From Dipteris shenzhenensis (taxonomy: Eukaryota), in NCBI GenBank assembly GCA_047967505.1, contig CM106538.1: DNA of 64,000 bases, one strand, 5' to 3'. A model generated the notes under the pieces. That model did not search any database, was not told where the DNA came from, and was given only the letters and a program-made list of their open reading frames with translations. This document shows positions 51,739-64,000 of the stretch, one piece after another (the first letter of the stretch is position 1; the number at the start of each line of letters is the position of its first letter). A program made the position numbers and the translations under genes.

Positions 51739-52412
51739 TGAAAGGAAAGAGTAGAGTGGACACAAATTCAGAATACTTGCATATAGAATGAAGAAGAGTG
51801 AGGTCCTTATGTAGGCACCCCTTACATGCTCACTAACATCACTGATGACTTCAGAGCTCCACAATCATCTCCTCAATCTGCTCCTAGATTCTCTCAATCA
51901 TCCTATGTGGCTTACCACCACCTAACTGTGCTTATGGGCACCTAACTGTGCCTCTAGCACTCACACATAGAAACCAAGGTGTGCCTAAGTCATACATCTT
52001 GAGATATCCCAACAAACCCCCCCTCAAGGGAATGCCTCAGGCTATGTCAAGGATACAGCTAGCACAAGGTGTCTCATGCCATCTCATGGTGGTCATGGAT
52101 CTATCAATGGCTAGGATCTCAAGCTAGCAAGGGTTCCCATGGGTGTAAGGTAAATGAAAGGGATACAAAAAGACCTTCCAATGGTTATCTCCCCTACATG
52201 TACATGCACACAATGTCTGCAGGAGGTACCATGGAGTAAAACACATACACATGGCCTACATCATAAGGTGACCAGAGGTGTTTACAAAACACACAAAAGT
52301 TTATTTCATTCATTTTGGAGGACTATCCAGGCTGAGTACCTTGACTCAACATAAAAAGAGAGATCTGGAGCATACATAGAGATGATTCAAAAAGCATAAT
52401 CTTCATGGGATG
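51739..52412 (-). mobile_element. Probable 3' LTR, PPT and 3' internal region of another LTR element (host of element F)
   Basis: The minus strand reads CTTGAGGGGGGTT (PPT-like) then TGTTGGGATATC from 52014; the left LTR boundary at 51739 is a guess. Confidence 0.45.
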
Positions 52413-52541
52413 TGTTGGCTCTTTCCTACTGCTTTCGTAGGAAGAGCTGGGTTTTTCTATGTTGCAGGGTTCCGAGGCTTTTTGTCACCTACAGATATAT
52501 TAGGATTGTCATTGTAGTATATGTGTAGCTTAGGACCTCGA

Positions 52542-55500
52542 TGTGAAGATAGTGGGAGAGAGGGAAGGAGTCTCACTTGCTGCTTTCTCACATGCACAAT
52601 GGGGGAATACACACAAAGGTGGAGGCTGAAAACAGTTTTCCTCTTCTTAGTTGTGAAAGCCAAAAGAACTCTAGTACAAAGAAATAGAAGAACCCTATAT
52701 GTGGGTCTCAAACCAAACTCAACTAACTAAGGTGGCATACTAACTGAGCCACAACTAGAGTAGATAAGGATAGTTGTCATCTAGCTATTATTCGTGGGCG
52801 GTGTACCAACCGCATCTCCAGCTAACAAATCGGTGACATAAATACACAACGGTCACCCTGGCATATCGCGAGTGGAGCTCGATATCTCAACACTCCCCCT
52901 CGAGCTCAATCCAATTGCTGCACACCAAGCAGGTCTCTGAACTTGCGCAGCTTCTCTACACCCAATGCTTTCGTGAATATGTCAGCTACCTGATCCTCTG
53001 TGCTGACATAAACTAGATCAATAAGACCTAGTAAAACCTTCTCCCGCACATAGTGATAATGCACCTCAATGTGCTTTGTTCTAGCATGAAAGACTAGGTT
53101 CTTTGCCAAGTGTATGCTGCTCATGTTGTCACAATAAATGACAACTGGCCCATCTGTAGACTGATGCATATCATAGAGTAGCTTATGCAACCAAGCTACC
53201 TCACATGCAGCCATTGCTGCACCTCTGTACTCAGCCTCTGTGCTCGACAAGGCAACTGTAGGCTGTTTCTTGCTGCTCCAAGTGACTGCAGCACTCCCAA
53301 AAGAGAACACATATCCACTGGTAGATCATCTATCAGAAATACTACCAGCCCAATCAGCATCAGTGTATCCATGCAACTGTATCTGAACCCCAGCCTCATA
53401 AAATAGTCCATACTGCAATGTGGACTTCACATACCTGAGTATGCATCTAGCCGCATCCAAATGCGGTTTCCTTGGAGCCTGCATAAACTGACTTACCAAC
53501 CCAACAGCATAGCTCAAATCTGGCCTGGTAATAGTCATGTAAATCAAACTTCCTACTATGCGTCTGTACATAGTAGGGTCTTCCAGAAGCTCACCTGCAT
53601 CTGCACTCAGCTTCACATTCTGCTCCAAAGGAACTGAAATAGGCTTATAGCCTGTCATCCCATATTTGGACAGCATGTCCAATCCATACTGCCTCTGCAA
53701 GAGCTGTATCCCACTTGGTGATCTAATCACCTCAATGCCCAAGAAATAACGCAGCTCTCCCAGATCCTTCATCTCAAACTTTTGCCTCAATAGCATTTTC
53801 ACATGAAGGATATCTTCATCACTATCACCTGTGATGATCAAATCATCAACATAAATGACCAGCAGCATAATCCCTTTCTCTGTTTTTCTCACATAGAGTG
53901 AGAAATCTGCCTTGGAAATCTGAAAGCCAATAGTGACAAGATACTGTCCTATCTTGTCAGACCATGCTCTAGGTGCTTGCTTCAAGCCATACAAGGCTTT
54001 CTTCAACCTGCAAACAAACTCAGGATGAATAGCATGAACATAACCTACTGGCTGCTCCATAAAGACCTCTTCTTGCAAATCACCATGCAAGAAGGCATTC
54101 TTTACATCCATCTGATGTAAAGACCATCCCTTTGATGCAGCCATAGCAATGCCTGCTCTTACGGTTGCCATCCTTGCAACCGGGCTGAAAGTTTCTTCAT
54201 AATCAATGCCATATGTCTGTGCATACCCCTTGACAACTAATCTTGCCTTGTATCTATTCATAGAACCATCTGCATTGTGCTTGATCTTATAAATCCACTT
54301 ATAGCCAATTGCATTCTTGCCTTTAGGCAAAGGCACCAATTCCCATGTAGCATTAGCATCCAAGGCATCCATTTCTTCATCCATGGCTTTCTCCCATTTT
54401 TCATTTCCCATGGCTTGCTCAAAAGAAGTGGGTTCTGGTTCCTGTATCACTTTGACCATATAGGCATAGTGAATGGCTGTAAATCCATCATATTTCAGCC
54501 TATCCACAGGATACCTGACCCTGGTAGACCTGCGCAAAATAGGCTCACTTCCAGGTGCTCTCAAAACATCCCTGGTCTTCCTTACTCCAGGTGTAACAAC
54601 AGAAGGAATACCCAACTCATCATCAATGCTCTGTTCTGAGCCACTGGATTCACCATCCACATAAGAGTGACCTGCATTCACATCAAACATGGGCTGATCT
54701 ACCTTCTCTTTTCCTTTTCGTGATACCTGCATACCACTCTCTGCATTGCTTTGAGGAGATTCTCTTGATCTCAATCTGCCTGTCCATGGCGAAGTATGTG
54801 AACCACTGCTAGACGACACTCCAGGTCCACTAATATTTTGTGATTGCTGCTGTGAATTCTGTGCAGCATTACCATTTTGTGCATCTACATCAATCATCAC
54901 ATTTACTGGTTTATACCAGCTGCTCATCTCATCAAAAACAACATCTCTGCTCACTGTAAACTTTCGTGTAGAAGGGTTATAGCATCTATAACCTTTTTGC
55001 TGCAGAGAATAACCAATAAAGACGCACTTCTCAGCTTTTGGATCCAACTTGGACCTCAACTCATTTGGCACATGGACATAGGCAATGCAACCAAAAATTT
55101 TCAAATGAGAAATATCTGGTTTCCTACCAGTATACATCTCCTCTGGCGTCATGCCATGTATTGCTGCAGTGGGAGTCCTGTTCATTATATAAACTGCTAT
55201 AGCAACTACTTCAGCCCAATAATAATTTGGTAGATCTTTTTCATTTAGCATAGCCCGAGATACCTCTCCAATATGCCTGTTTTTCCTTTCTGCAATTCCA
55301 TTTTGCTGTGGGGTATGACTGCATGAATATTGCTGCTTTATACCATGCTCCTGCAAGAACCTTGCAAACTCATTTGAGAGGTACTCTCCCCCTCCATCTG
55401 ACCTTAGACATTTTATTTGCAGGCCTGTTTCTTTTTCAACCATAGCTTTGAAAGCTTTGAAGTGCCCAAACACTTCACTTTTCTTTTTCATAAAATACAC

Positions 55501-58107
55501 CCACAGTTTTCTGCTGAAGTCATCAATAAATGTGACAAAATAGTGACAGCCTCCAATAGATGCAGCTTTTGTAGTCCACACATCAGAGTGGATTAATTCC
55601 AATGACTTTTTACTCTCTTGAACATGCCTAGGAAAAGGTTTCCTTGCCTGTTTCCCAAATTGACAGGCTTCACAAACTTTGTGCATTTCTGCAACCTTGA
55701 ATTTAGGCAATCTTGCAACAATATTTTGGGCTTGCATTGATTTAAGTCGCTATATATTAACATGACCAATGCGTTTGTGCCAGATATCAATATCTGCAAC
55801 TACACCGGTCCCATGTGCAAACATTGCTGCACTCAATTCAGGCATGTCCGCATCCAACGTAAACATCCTGCCCTTCTTCTTTCCTTTTGCTATCAAGCGA
55901 CCATTATTTTTCATATCCTCAACAAAGCATCCATGAGGATTAAATCTGACCTGCAAGCCCTGCTCAACCATCTGACCAACAGAAACCAGGTTCCTGGTGA
56001 TGTTCGGGACATGAAATACATCAGACAAGTATTTCTTTTTCCCATCCTGCATAGACAAAGGAATTTTGCCAATCTGCACAATAGGATGTGCAGTATCATC
56101 ACCAGTCTCCACAAATCCTGGTTTTTTTCATTTCCCTTGCATCCTGCATCCATTCAGCATGACCTGTCATGTGGTTTGACGCACCTGAGTCAACATACCA
56201 CACATCATTGCTTTCTTCTGCACTTGTCACAGAATTTGTCATATGCTGCACCATAAACAAATGCTCATTTCTATCATCACCCTATCTACTAGAGGATGCA
56301 TAATTGCCTTGCTGCAATTTTCCATTCATAATGTCATTCTGCTTTTTGTAGAAGTCCTTAGCCATATGACCCATTTTGCCACAATAGTAGCATTCAACAT
56401 TGCTGTTTGCATTTTGGCCTCTCTGCCATCCACCACGGCCTCTTTGGCTCCCCCTGCCTCTAGAGTTACCACGTCCTCCTACATAGGACTGGTTTTCTTG
56501 TGTTTGCTGCATATTCTGATTTCTACCATGGCCTGCAGATCGGCCTCCTCTACCTCTGCCTCTACCTCTACTAGCATTTGAGTAGAAGACAGTTTCTTTT
56601 GAAGTTCCTGCTGAAGAAGATGCACCCCCATTTCTCTGCTCTTCAGAAATTAGAAGAGCAATCAACTCCTCAAAATCAGGAAATTTTTCACGGACGGCAA
56701 TGGATGTCCGGAACTGTGCATAATCCTTTCCTAGACCATTCAAGGTCACAGAAACCAAATCGTCATCATCCACTGGCGACCCAATGGAAGCAAGTGCATC
56801 TGCAATTTTCTTCACCTTCATGTGGTAGTCATTGATGCTCATGTTTTCTCTCTGCACATTGTGCAACTCCTGTTTGAGTTGCATTTTCCTGGCTTACATA
56901 TTTGTGCTGTACATTTTTGCCAAAGTATCCCATGCCTCCTTTGGCGTACTTGCATCCTGAATATGCACAATCATGGAGTCCGAAATACTGATAGACAGCC
57001 AGTACATAACTTTCCTGGCTCTCTCATGCCATCCTTTAAATGCCTGCATTTCCTGTTGACTAGGAACATTAGGAAGAACAGGTTCTTCTTCATTTCCTAT
57101 AATGAACTCCCAATAGCCTTTTCCCATCAAGAAATTCGTCATTCTGAACTTCCATGCCTGGAAGTTGTTCTTGTCAAGCTTTTCAGTGACAATCTGCGAA
57201 AGAGAATCAGATGCCATTACAGAACACTGCAAAATATTCTATCACTGCAAAGAACACAGTTTTTGCCTCACACGGGCAGATCTGCAAAACTGACGAAAGT
57301 GGTATTTCACCACACAGTCACTTCCTAGTGATGATTTTGCATCAACAGGCAACAAGCATGAATCTGCAACTCCCAATATCTCTGCACACAGGCATACGAT
57401 GCAATTTCTGCGGCAACTTTTCACCGACCCGCAGAACAGTGGTCGCACAGCAAAAACAGGGCCTTTTTCTGAGTGCTTGCGGAGAACTTCCACCTCCAAA
57501 ATGGGCCCTAAAACGGCCTCAAATCAGAAAAATAAAGTCACTGAGGGCTTTGCCCATACCCGCAGCATATACTGCGCTCTCGCCACACCGCGAAGGGCTT
57601 CTCAATCTGAGATAGTGCACTCTTGCACTTCTGGCTGTGCTACCTACAGAGATTTGCTCCCAAACTCGAAATAGGAAAGCAACACTGGTCCTCTTACCAG
57701 GACACCACGAACTTGGCTTGCTTTCTTGAGCTCCTTACCACGAACAAGGCGCTGAGTGTGAAGATAGTGGGAGAGAGGGAAGGAGTCTCACTTGCGGCTT
57801 TCTCACATGCACAATGGGGGAATACACACAAAGGTGGAGGTTGAAAATAGTTTTCCTCTTCTTAGTTGTGAAAGCCAAAAGAACTCTAGTACAAAGAAAT
57901 AGAAGAACCCTATATGTGGGTCTCAAACCAAACTCAAATAACTAAGGTGGCATACTAACTGAGCCACAACTAGAGTAGATAAGGATAGCTGTCATCCAGC
58001 TATTATTCGTGGGCGGTGTACCAACCGCATCTCCAGCTAACAAATCGGTGACATAAATACACAACGGTCACCCTGGCATATCGCGAGTGGAGCTCGATAT
58101 CTCAACA
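52542..58107 (-). mobile_element. Ty1/copia element G nested in the LTR of element F
   Basis: 351-bp LTRs at 52542-52892 and 57757-58107 (about six differences), TSD CTCGA, PPT GAGGGGGAG; no canonical TGG-type PBS. Confidence 0.96.
52906..57216 (-). pseudogene. Copia G gag-pol with four in-frame stops and one +1 frameshift
   Basis: KLDKNNFQAW gag, CYYCGKMGH knuckle, WYVDSGAS, WHKRIGH, integrase core, IYVDD, DADWAG/IYCDNMS/ADIFTKAL. Confidence 0.96.
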
Positions 58108-59180
58108 CTCGAGTCGTGTTCCGGTGAGAGACGTAGGCTTAAGTGTGGTAAGCAAACAAAGTGCAAGCATGTGTAAAAAGGCACGTAAACCATCGTTGTT
58201 GGGGTAATGAAGGCTTTTGCCTTCATTGGGGGTTGTAGGGTTTAGGAGGAGTTTAAGGGTTCAGAAGGAGGTTCCAGGGTTTAGAAAGAGTTCAAGGGTT
58301 TAGGAGAAGTTCCAGGGTTCAGAAGGAGGTTCCAGGGTTCAGAAAGAGTTCCAGGGTTTAGAAGGAGGTTCCAAGGTTTAGAAGGAGTCCAGGGTTAGAA
58401 GGAGGATTCAAGGTTCAGAGTAGAATACATGGTGGAGAACTCGTCTCCCTCGTAGATCATGGAGTTTAAGGGTTTAGGAAAGCATAGGAGTGGGAGAGGA
58501 AGAAGGTGTAAGAGCATGGGTGAAAGAAGAGAGAGGAGGAAGAAGGAGGAGGGAAGAGGAGGAGGGAGGGGGAGGAGAGGAGAGAGTAGGAGGAGGAGGG
58601 AGGAGGAGGAGGAGGAGGAGAAGGGAGGAGGAGGAGAAGGAGGAAGGAGGAGGAGGGAGGAGGAGAGGGAGAGGGTGGGTTGCAGGGTTGGAGGAGAGGG
58701 GAGAAGGGTTGCAAGGTTAGGACATGCTTTTGGACGTGCAGTGCAAGGAAGCATGGACACTTGAGACAAATGCTTGGAATACCAAAGTAGACTCAACACA
58801 ATGCCCCAAAGAGTGTGGGCTTCATTCCATTATGGGGTATTTATACAAGTTGGAGAGCTTCTCTCTCTGCATGTAACACAAAGTCATATCACAAAGTTGT
58901 AACACAAAGTTGTAACACATTCTCTCTCTACATGTAGAAGTTGTAACACAAAGTTGTTACACAAAGTTGTTACACAAAGTTGTAACATAAACTTGTAACA
59001 CAAACTTGTAACACAAAGTTGTTACACAAAGTCGTAACACAAAGTTGTGTCTAGAAGTTGTAACACAAAGTTGTAACACAAAGTTGTATCACAAAGTTGT
59101 AACACCTTCTCTTTCTTCATAAGTTCATGTTGGCACAGAGTCAACATACTCCCGGATCCATTTGATTACCCGTCCTTGGG

Positions 59181-62100
59181 TTATGGCTTATTGCGATCAC
59201 GTACCTGGGTTGCCATGTTTTTAGTCCAGTGGCTGTGGAACTTGTGTCGTGCCAGTCGATCCTGCTGTAGAGCCTTAGCACCATACAATTTTTGCGCAGT
59301 TTCCAGGTAGCATGTATCTACCATTTGCTCGAACAGAGATATGTGGCGTGCCTCCAAGAAGATCACTCTTTGATAGAGTCGGCTGGTAATCTGAGCATCA
59401 ATCCGTTCATTGGGATTAAAGCTGAGTGGAGGCAAATGGGAATCAAGGTAACATGGGACCTCCAGAATTAATGCTAATGTTTTACAGAATATGGCACTTT
59501 GGCGAAGGAAGCGATCAATGTTGCCGCGCATTGTTTGTTCATGCTGCTGAAGTGCTCGGATCATGGTGCCTTGGATATTCCATTCTACACCAGAGTAGAG
59601 TTCGATCATTGGCCAATTAATGACTCGATCTTCAGCCAAAGTGTGTATGTTGGCTTCCCATTTTTTACGCCATGGAACTGCATAGAACTTGGGATGGGTT
59701 CTGAGACATGGAGGTGCCCGTAAGTACTCCTTTAAGAAGATTACATCAAAGAGCTTGGGACGGCGCCAATCAGGTTGTGGATCCAATTTGCTAATCCAAC
59801 CTTCACTTATTTGTTGCTGACGAAGATTGGTAGGAAAGTTACCTAGGGTCCATCCACCGCGAGTTTTCATATCAGGATATTTGCTCCAAAATTCCTTGAT
59901 GGGGTTACGGGGAAGTGGTATTTCATCAAAATCATACCCATCATTGGAACTTGGCATGGGTGTACGAATTGGATTATCTGGATCCTGATATTCAAAATCA
60001 AATACTGCATCATTTTCTGCTGATGGAAGCACCAGAAGTGTCGGAGGTGATGACGGGGCCGAGAGAGAATCAGGGGACATGGGGGAGAAATATGGCTGAG
60101 TGATAGTGGCAGAAGGGGGAGCAGAGGGGAGGGGGGGAAGAAATGGGCAAATGGTTTGAGCAACTTGGTAATCCTCAAGGGTAGGATTAGCAAGGGAGGG
60201 GAAAAAGCTAGGTGTGAGGGGCTCGTAAGTTTGTGACTGTTGGGTAAGTTGAAAATGGTGAGAGGCATGAGCAAAGAGATGATGGAGGGAATAGATGTTA
60301 GGATGGAGCTCGGGGAAGGTTAAGAGGGTGGTAGCAGCAAGGGGAAGTGAGGTTATGATGTTGGCAGAAAGAGTGGTTAGATATGGGAAGTTGGATGTGA
60401 GATAGGCTTTGTCATCTTCCGACACTTCTTTTTGCTGGTGCGATGGGATGATCAGTTGCATGGGTTGGTTGGATGTCGGTTATGTCGTGCCGTGCAAATA
60501 GTAGGGATGGCCTTTGTAGCAATGGCAACAAACCTGTAATAACCCTGAGGGGAGGACTACCCATGAGGCAGACATATGCAATGAAAGCATCCGTCTTGAG
60601 TGTTATAAACCCGGCATGTGTAGACAGGCAGAAGATATTCTTCTCATCTTCAGACAAGTCTTGGCAAATTATGCGCAGGGTTTTAATCCCGATGGATCAT
60701 TTCCAGTTGATTGTTGGATGAGCAGATATGATCCTGAGTTGGAGTTGCTTCCATTGGATAAGCACGCGTGCGTTGAGGTGATCTTCCACTTGTAGAGCAG
60801 ACACAAGCTCTTCGTACACCACGGTTGTGCATTGTAGTGGGGCGTCATTGGTGTTGTCTTCCAATGCCTCATTGTTGTGTACTAGCAATTGGAGTTCAAG
60901 CTTGGAGATGGCTATTTTTTGGGAGTGCATCTCATTCATCTTTTCTTTGTACTGATGGTAGATGGTTGTGTATGCCTCCTTAAGCTTTTTCATTTGCAAG
61001 GTGACCTTTGCCTGTTGAGGAATGTCTTCAGTGGTATTGGACCATTGGTCCAAGAACTGGGCTTGTGAAGTGCTGGTCTCTTGAACAGTAGCAAGTTGGT
61101 CTTTTAAGAGTCGACATTCCCTTGTAAGCTCATCGATGCTAAAGGCACGTACTGCCAAAGATTGTTGCATGTCTTCAAGCTTGTCCTTGCAATCCTGGAG
61201 CTCTTCTTCTTTGTGAATGAGAGTGAGTCGAGCTTGTGCCACTACCTCTGTTTGTTGCGCATGTGCAGATGTCAGGGAGTTATAGGAGGTCTGTAGGATT
61301 GCCATTGCTTCTACTGCCGCAGTCAGTTGTGTTTGACTTTGGTGGAGGTTGGAGGTCACATCCCTTACGGCCTTCTCTTGAGCTTGGAAAGCCTGGTTCA
61401 TGCACACTTCTTCTACCTCCTTCTCATCTATCTGTGCTCGAAGTGCCTTGACCTCTATGGCGATTGCCTGGAATTGGTCTTCGATTTCTGATGCCGTCTG
61501 CCTTTCCAATTCTCTTGCATATGCTTCTTTAGCCAAGCTAGTGAAGAGTTCTGACATTTGGATCATTTGGCTAGCTTGATGTTGGAGAATGATAGACGGT
61601 GATGAGGTCTGGTGATATTGCTGATACAAGTGGTGCCCATGTAGCCATCCCGATGATTCTGTTGTACTTGGGGGAGGTTGTTCCAATGGCATTTCAGTCC
61701 CTTGTGTACAATAGTCATACTGCTGATCTGGCACTAGCTCTCCTTGGGGCTCATCGACTGGCATGGCGTCGATGGGCGGTTCGAGTGCTGATGGTGGTCT
61801 CAAGCTCTGGTGCTGATCGTTCCTCAAGTTTGGGTGCCACCCTTGTCTCGAGCTCGGGCTGGTGCTGTTGGTGGAGACTTAGGGGTTGTAGTTGTGCACC
61901 GAGCTGTAGCATTTCCTGGGGCAATTCCGCAATCCTGCTTTCCAGAATAGGTACTTCTGTTAAGGCATCTGTACTTATCAATGTGATAGCTGGAGCAGTT
62001 GATGACGGCTCCCATACTAGTGAGAAGGGTATGTCCAACTCCTCAATTGGCTTTGGAGACTGGGGCAGCGTCATTTCTCTTTCTTGTAGTTCTTTTTTGA

Positions 62101-62939
62101 TGATTATAGCCAATAAGTGTGGAATTTTACATTTCTGACCTGAAGAACCATTGAGTTTTTTGGTAAAGAAAATGACGAAGTGTTGGACCCAGTCCTGTTT
62201 GAGTTCCTACTCAGCAAAACAAATGTGCGGGGTGGAAGGGAGCGTTCCTTGTCGTTCTTTATTCCCAGGATTGTGGTGCTGCTTCCTTGAGTCGAGGGTC
62301 AAGGATTGTGCGAAGCAATATGCCATCTCTATGGATCAGGGTACCCTTGGTGAGGAGAGGCTGTACTTCGATAAACTTTGCATCAGCAGACCGTTTAGGG
62401 TATTGTCCACCTTGTTCTGGTAGTGAGAAAGCCCTTTGAATGACCGTACTATTGAGGATAATGTTCAGTGGGCTCTGATGTACAGTGATTGTACCATACT
62501 TGCCATCCGTTGCATTGCTGGAGTAGTAAGAGTGGAGAAAGTCCTTGATGTAGGTGGTCATGATAGGACTGTCCTCCAAGGATTTGAGGCTCTCATGCAA
62601 ATTGCCTAGACGCCGTTGCTCTAAGTAAGATGTTGCTTCCTGGGAAAGAGCATAAGTCGATGTGGGTGGCCAGACAAGTTCTAATGATTGGGCCTTGTTA
62701 ACGGTTGTGTAGGCCGACTGTGACTGGGGTGGCATTTGTTCTGCTTGGACATGCACTGAATCTTCTTCGGAGCTATCGCTTTGGACCACGAACGCCTGTG
62801 GTCTCCGTGGTTGAGAGGATGTAGATGGCTGCGAACTCTGGAGGGGGTCCTGTGGTTGAGGCGGTGGGCTCTTTCTGCGCATCCTCTTTAGTGGCAGCAT
62901 CTTTTCTGAACCTGCATCCATGTACATGTAGTGTACCAT
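59181..62939 (-). pseudogene. Extra 3' ORF of gypsy F (Athila env-like/ORF-1 position), about 1200 codons, frameshifted, function unknown
   Basis: ORFs 62259-62939, 61751-62113, 60697-61827 (coiled-coil-like), 60412-60657 and 59181-60461 are all on the element sense strand and end 35 bp from the LTR; no gag/pol motifs. Confidence 0.7.
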
Positions 62940-62960
62940 TGATCATTAAATTGATTGGCA

Positions 62961-64000
62961 TGTTGAGAGTTGTGGTGCCATGAGCACATGTAGAGCAAAG
63001 GTATGAGTAAAGGGAAAGCTGCCACATGGCATGGAGGAGATATCCCACATGTGAGCAAGCAAATGGATGTAAGTACCCTCACCTATAAAAGGGAGGTTCA
63101 TTTGAAGTAATATAAATCAAGCACTTAGCACTATCTCAAGATTCTCTTTATGAGTCCAAGCTAATCTATCTTGGAACCTAATTGACTTGAGATACATGTC
63201 ATGAGCACTCTCTTCATTATGTTTCCACACAGGTTCCATCCACCTTAGAGTGCTCCATAGATCCTGAGGCACACATGTTTTGTCATGGTATCAGAGCATA
63301 GGTTTAGCTCTCCTAGTTTAGCTCATTAGTAGTTCACTAGGATTGCTCCCATTCCTAGATTAGTTGTAGGCATGCCTTAGGAACTCATGTTTTTATCCTA
63401 GGATATTTTCAGTTTTAGAGTGAGGTTCTTTGCGGGAGAAAGGATTGAAGAGTGAGATTTATGATCATTATGTTTGAGTGAGTTTTGAGTGGGAGAGACT
63501 CTCTCTGTGTGCAATTGAGAGAGAAAGAGAGACTCTTCTGTGGGCTTCCATGTGGAGCGTAGCTCCAACAAAGTTGCAAATGAAGCTTCTATCAATTCTG
63601 CTCGCGAGATGTGATCAAGCACTCCAAGCTCCAGAAACAACACTTTAGCGGCTGCTCGCACTGACCTTCTGCAATGCCATAGCGCCCAACGACTTCTTTT
63701 GCCAGCAGAACCTCACGACTCTCTGCCAGCGCAACCCCAACCCCGATCTGCAGCAGCTAGCAACTCTAGCATCATTTGTGACACAAATAAAAGGTTCGGG
63801 CTTGTTCATCAAGGGAAGTTCAACAATGGAAAGCACGTTGCTGTCAACAGACTATCGCCAGCGTCTCGTCAAGGAGCAATTGAGTTCCTAAATGAGCTGC
63901 TGTGGCTTCTTGTGCCATCCATAAGCTGAGGATAAGGCAAAAACGGCTCTATCTACGGGTGACCTCCAGCCAACTACTCTCGGCTCCAACTCCCTTCATC
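62961..64000 (+). mobile_element. LTR element H: 5' LTR 62961-63285, iMet PBS 63286-63297 and leader, truncated by the window edge
   Basis: TGTTGAGAGTT..TTTTGTCA termini as in family C, TATAAAAG at ~63084, TGGTATCAGAGC directly after the LTR. Confidence 0.85.
63790..63899 (+). pseudogene. Receptor-like kinase (RLK/Pelle) subdomain I-III fragment
   Basis: RFGLVHQGKFNNGKHVAVNRLSPASRQGAIEFLNEL matches the consensus GFGxVYKGxLxxGxxVAVKRLSxxSxQGxxEFxNEV. Confidence 0.85.

Larger units (their letters stand above)
52413..62960 (-). mobile_element. Gypsy element F (same LTR family as E): 3' LTR plus 3' internal region with an extra ORF; continues past the next insertion or window edge
   Basis: LTR = 52413-52541 + 58113-59146, homologous to 47381-48940; followed by the same TACTCCCGGATCC..TTACCCGTCCT junction as at 37289. 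Confidence 0.9.

Overview
Eukaryotic, repeat-dense DNA, probably from a land plant (GT-AG introns, plant-type LTR elements, a receptor-like kinase fragment). I found no intact host gene. Most of the window is nested LTR retrotransposons that can be delimited by termini, PBS/PPT and 5-bp target-site duplications (TSDs). Copia family A occurs as an internally deleted copy (8258-10468), a solo LTR (10941-11675) and a full copy (12757-25855) that hosts a young copia of family C (16436-23980). An Athila-like gypsy (35384-48940) has the outer part of its 3' LTR inverted. A second element with the same LTR (from 52413) carries a long extra 3' ORF and is interrupted by a copia (52542-58107) and by another LTR element (from 62961) holding a captured kinase fragment. 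The older DNA underneath these insertions (about 1-8257 and 25856-35383) is the most interesting part. It holds decayed, partly intron-containing genes for (i) a divergent histone H3 lacking K9 fused in frame to a Ulp1/SENP-type cysteine protease, (ii) a putative ParB-like + beta-class amino-DNA-methyltransferase protein, and (iii) an FCP1/NIF-like HAD phosphatase. Arrays of related GATTTGG..CCAAATC palindromes lie upstream of the first two. Together these suggest a large mobile element with a chromatin-modifying or anti-silencing cargo; this is inference, since no transposase or termini were identified. All domain calls come from motif recognition by eye, not database searches.
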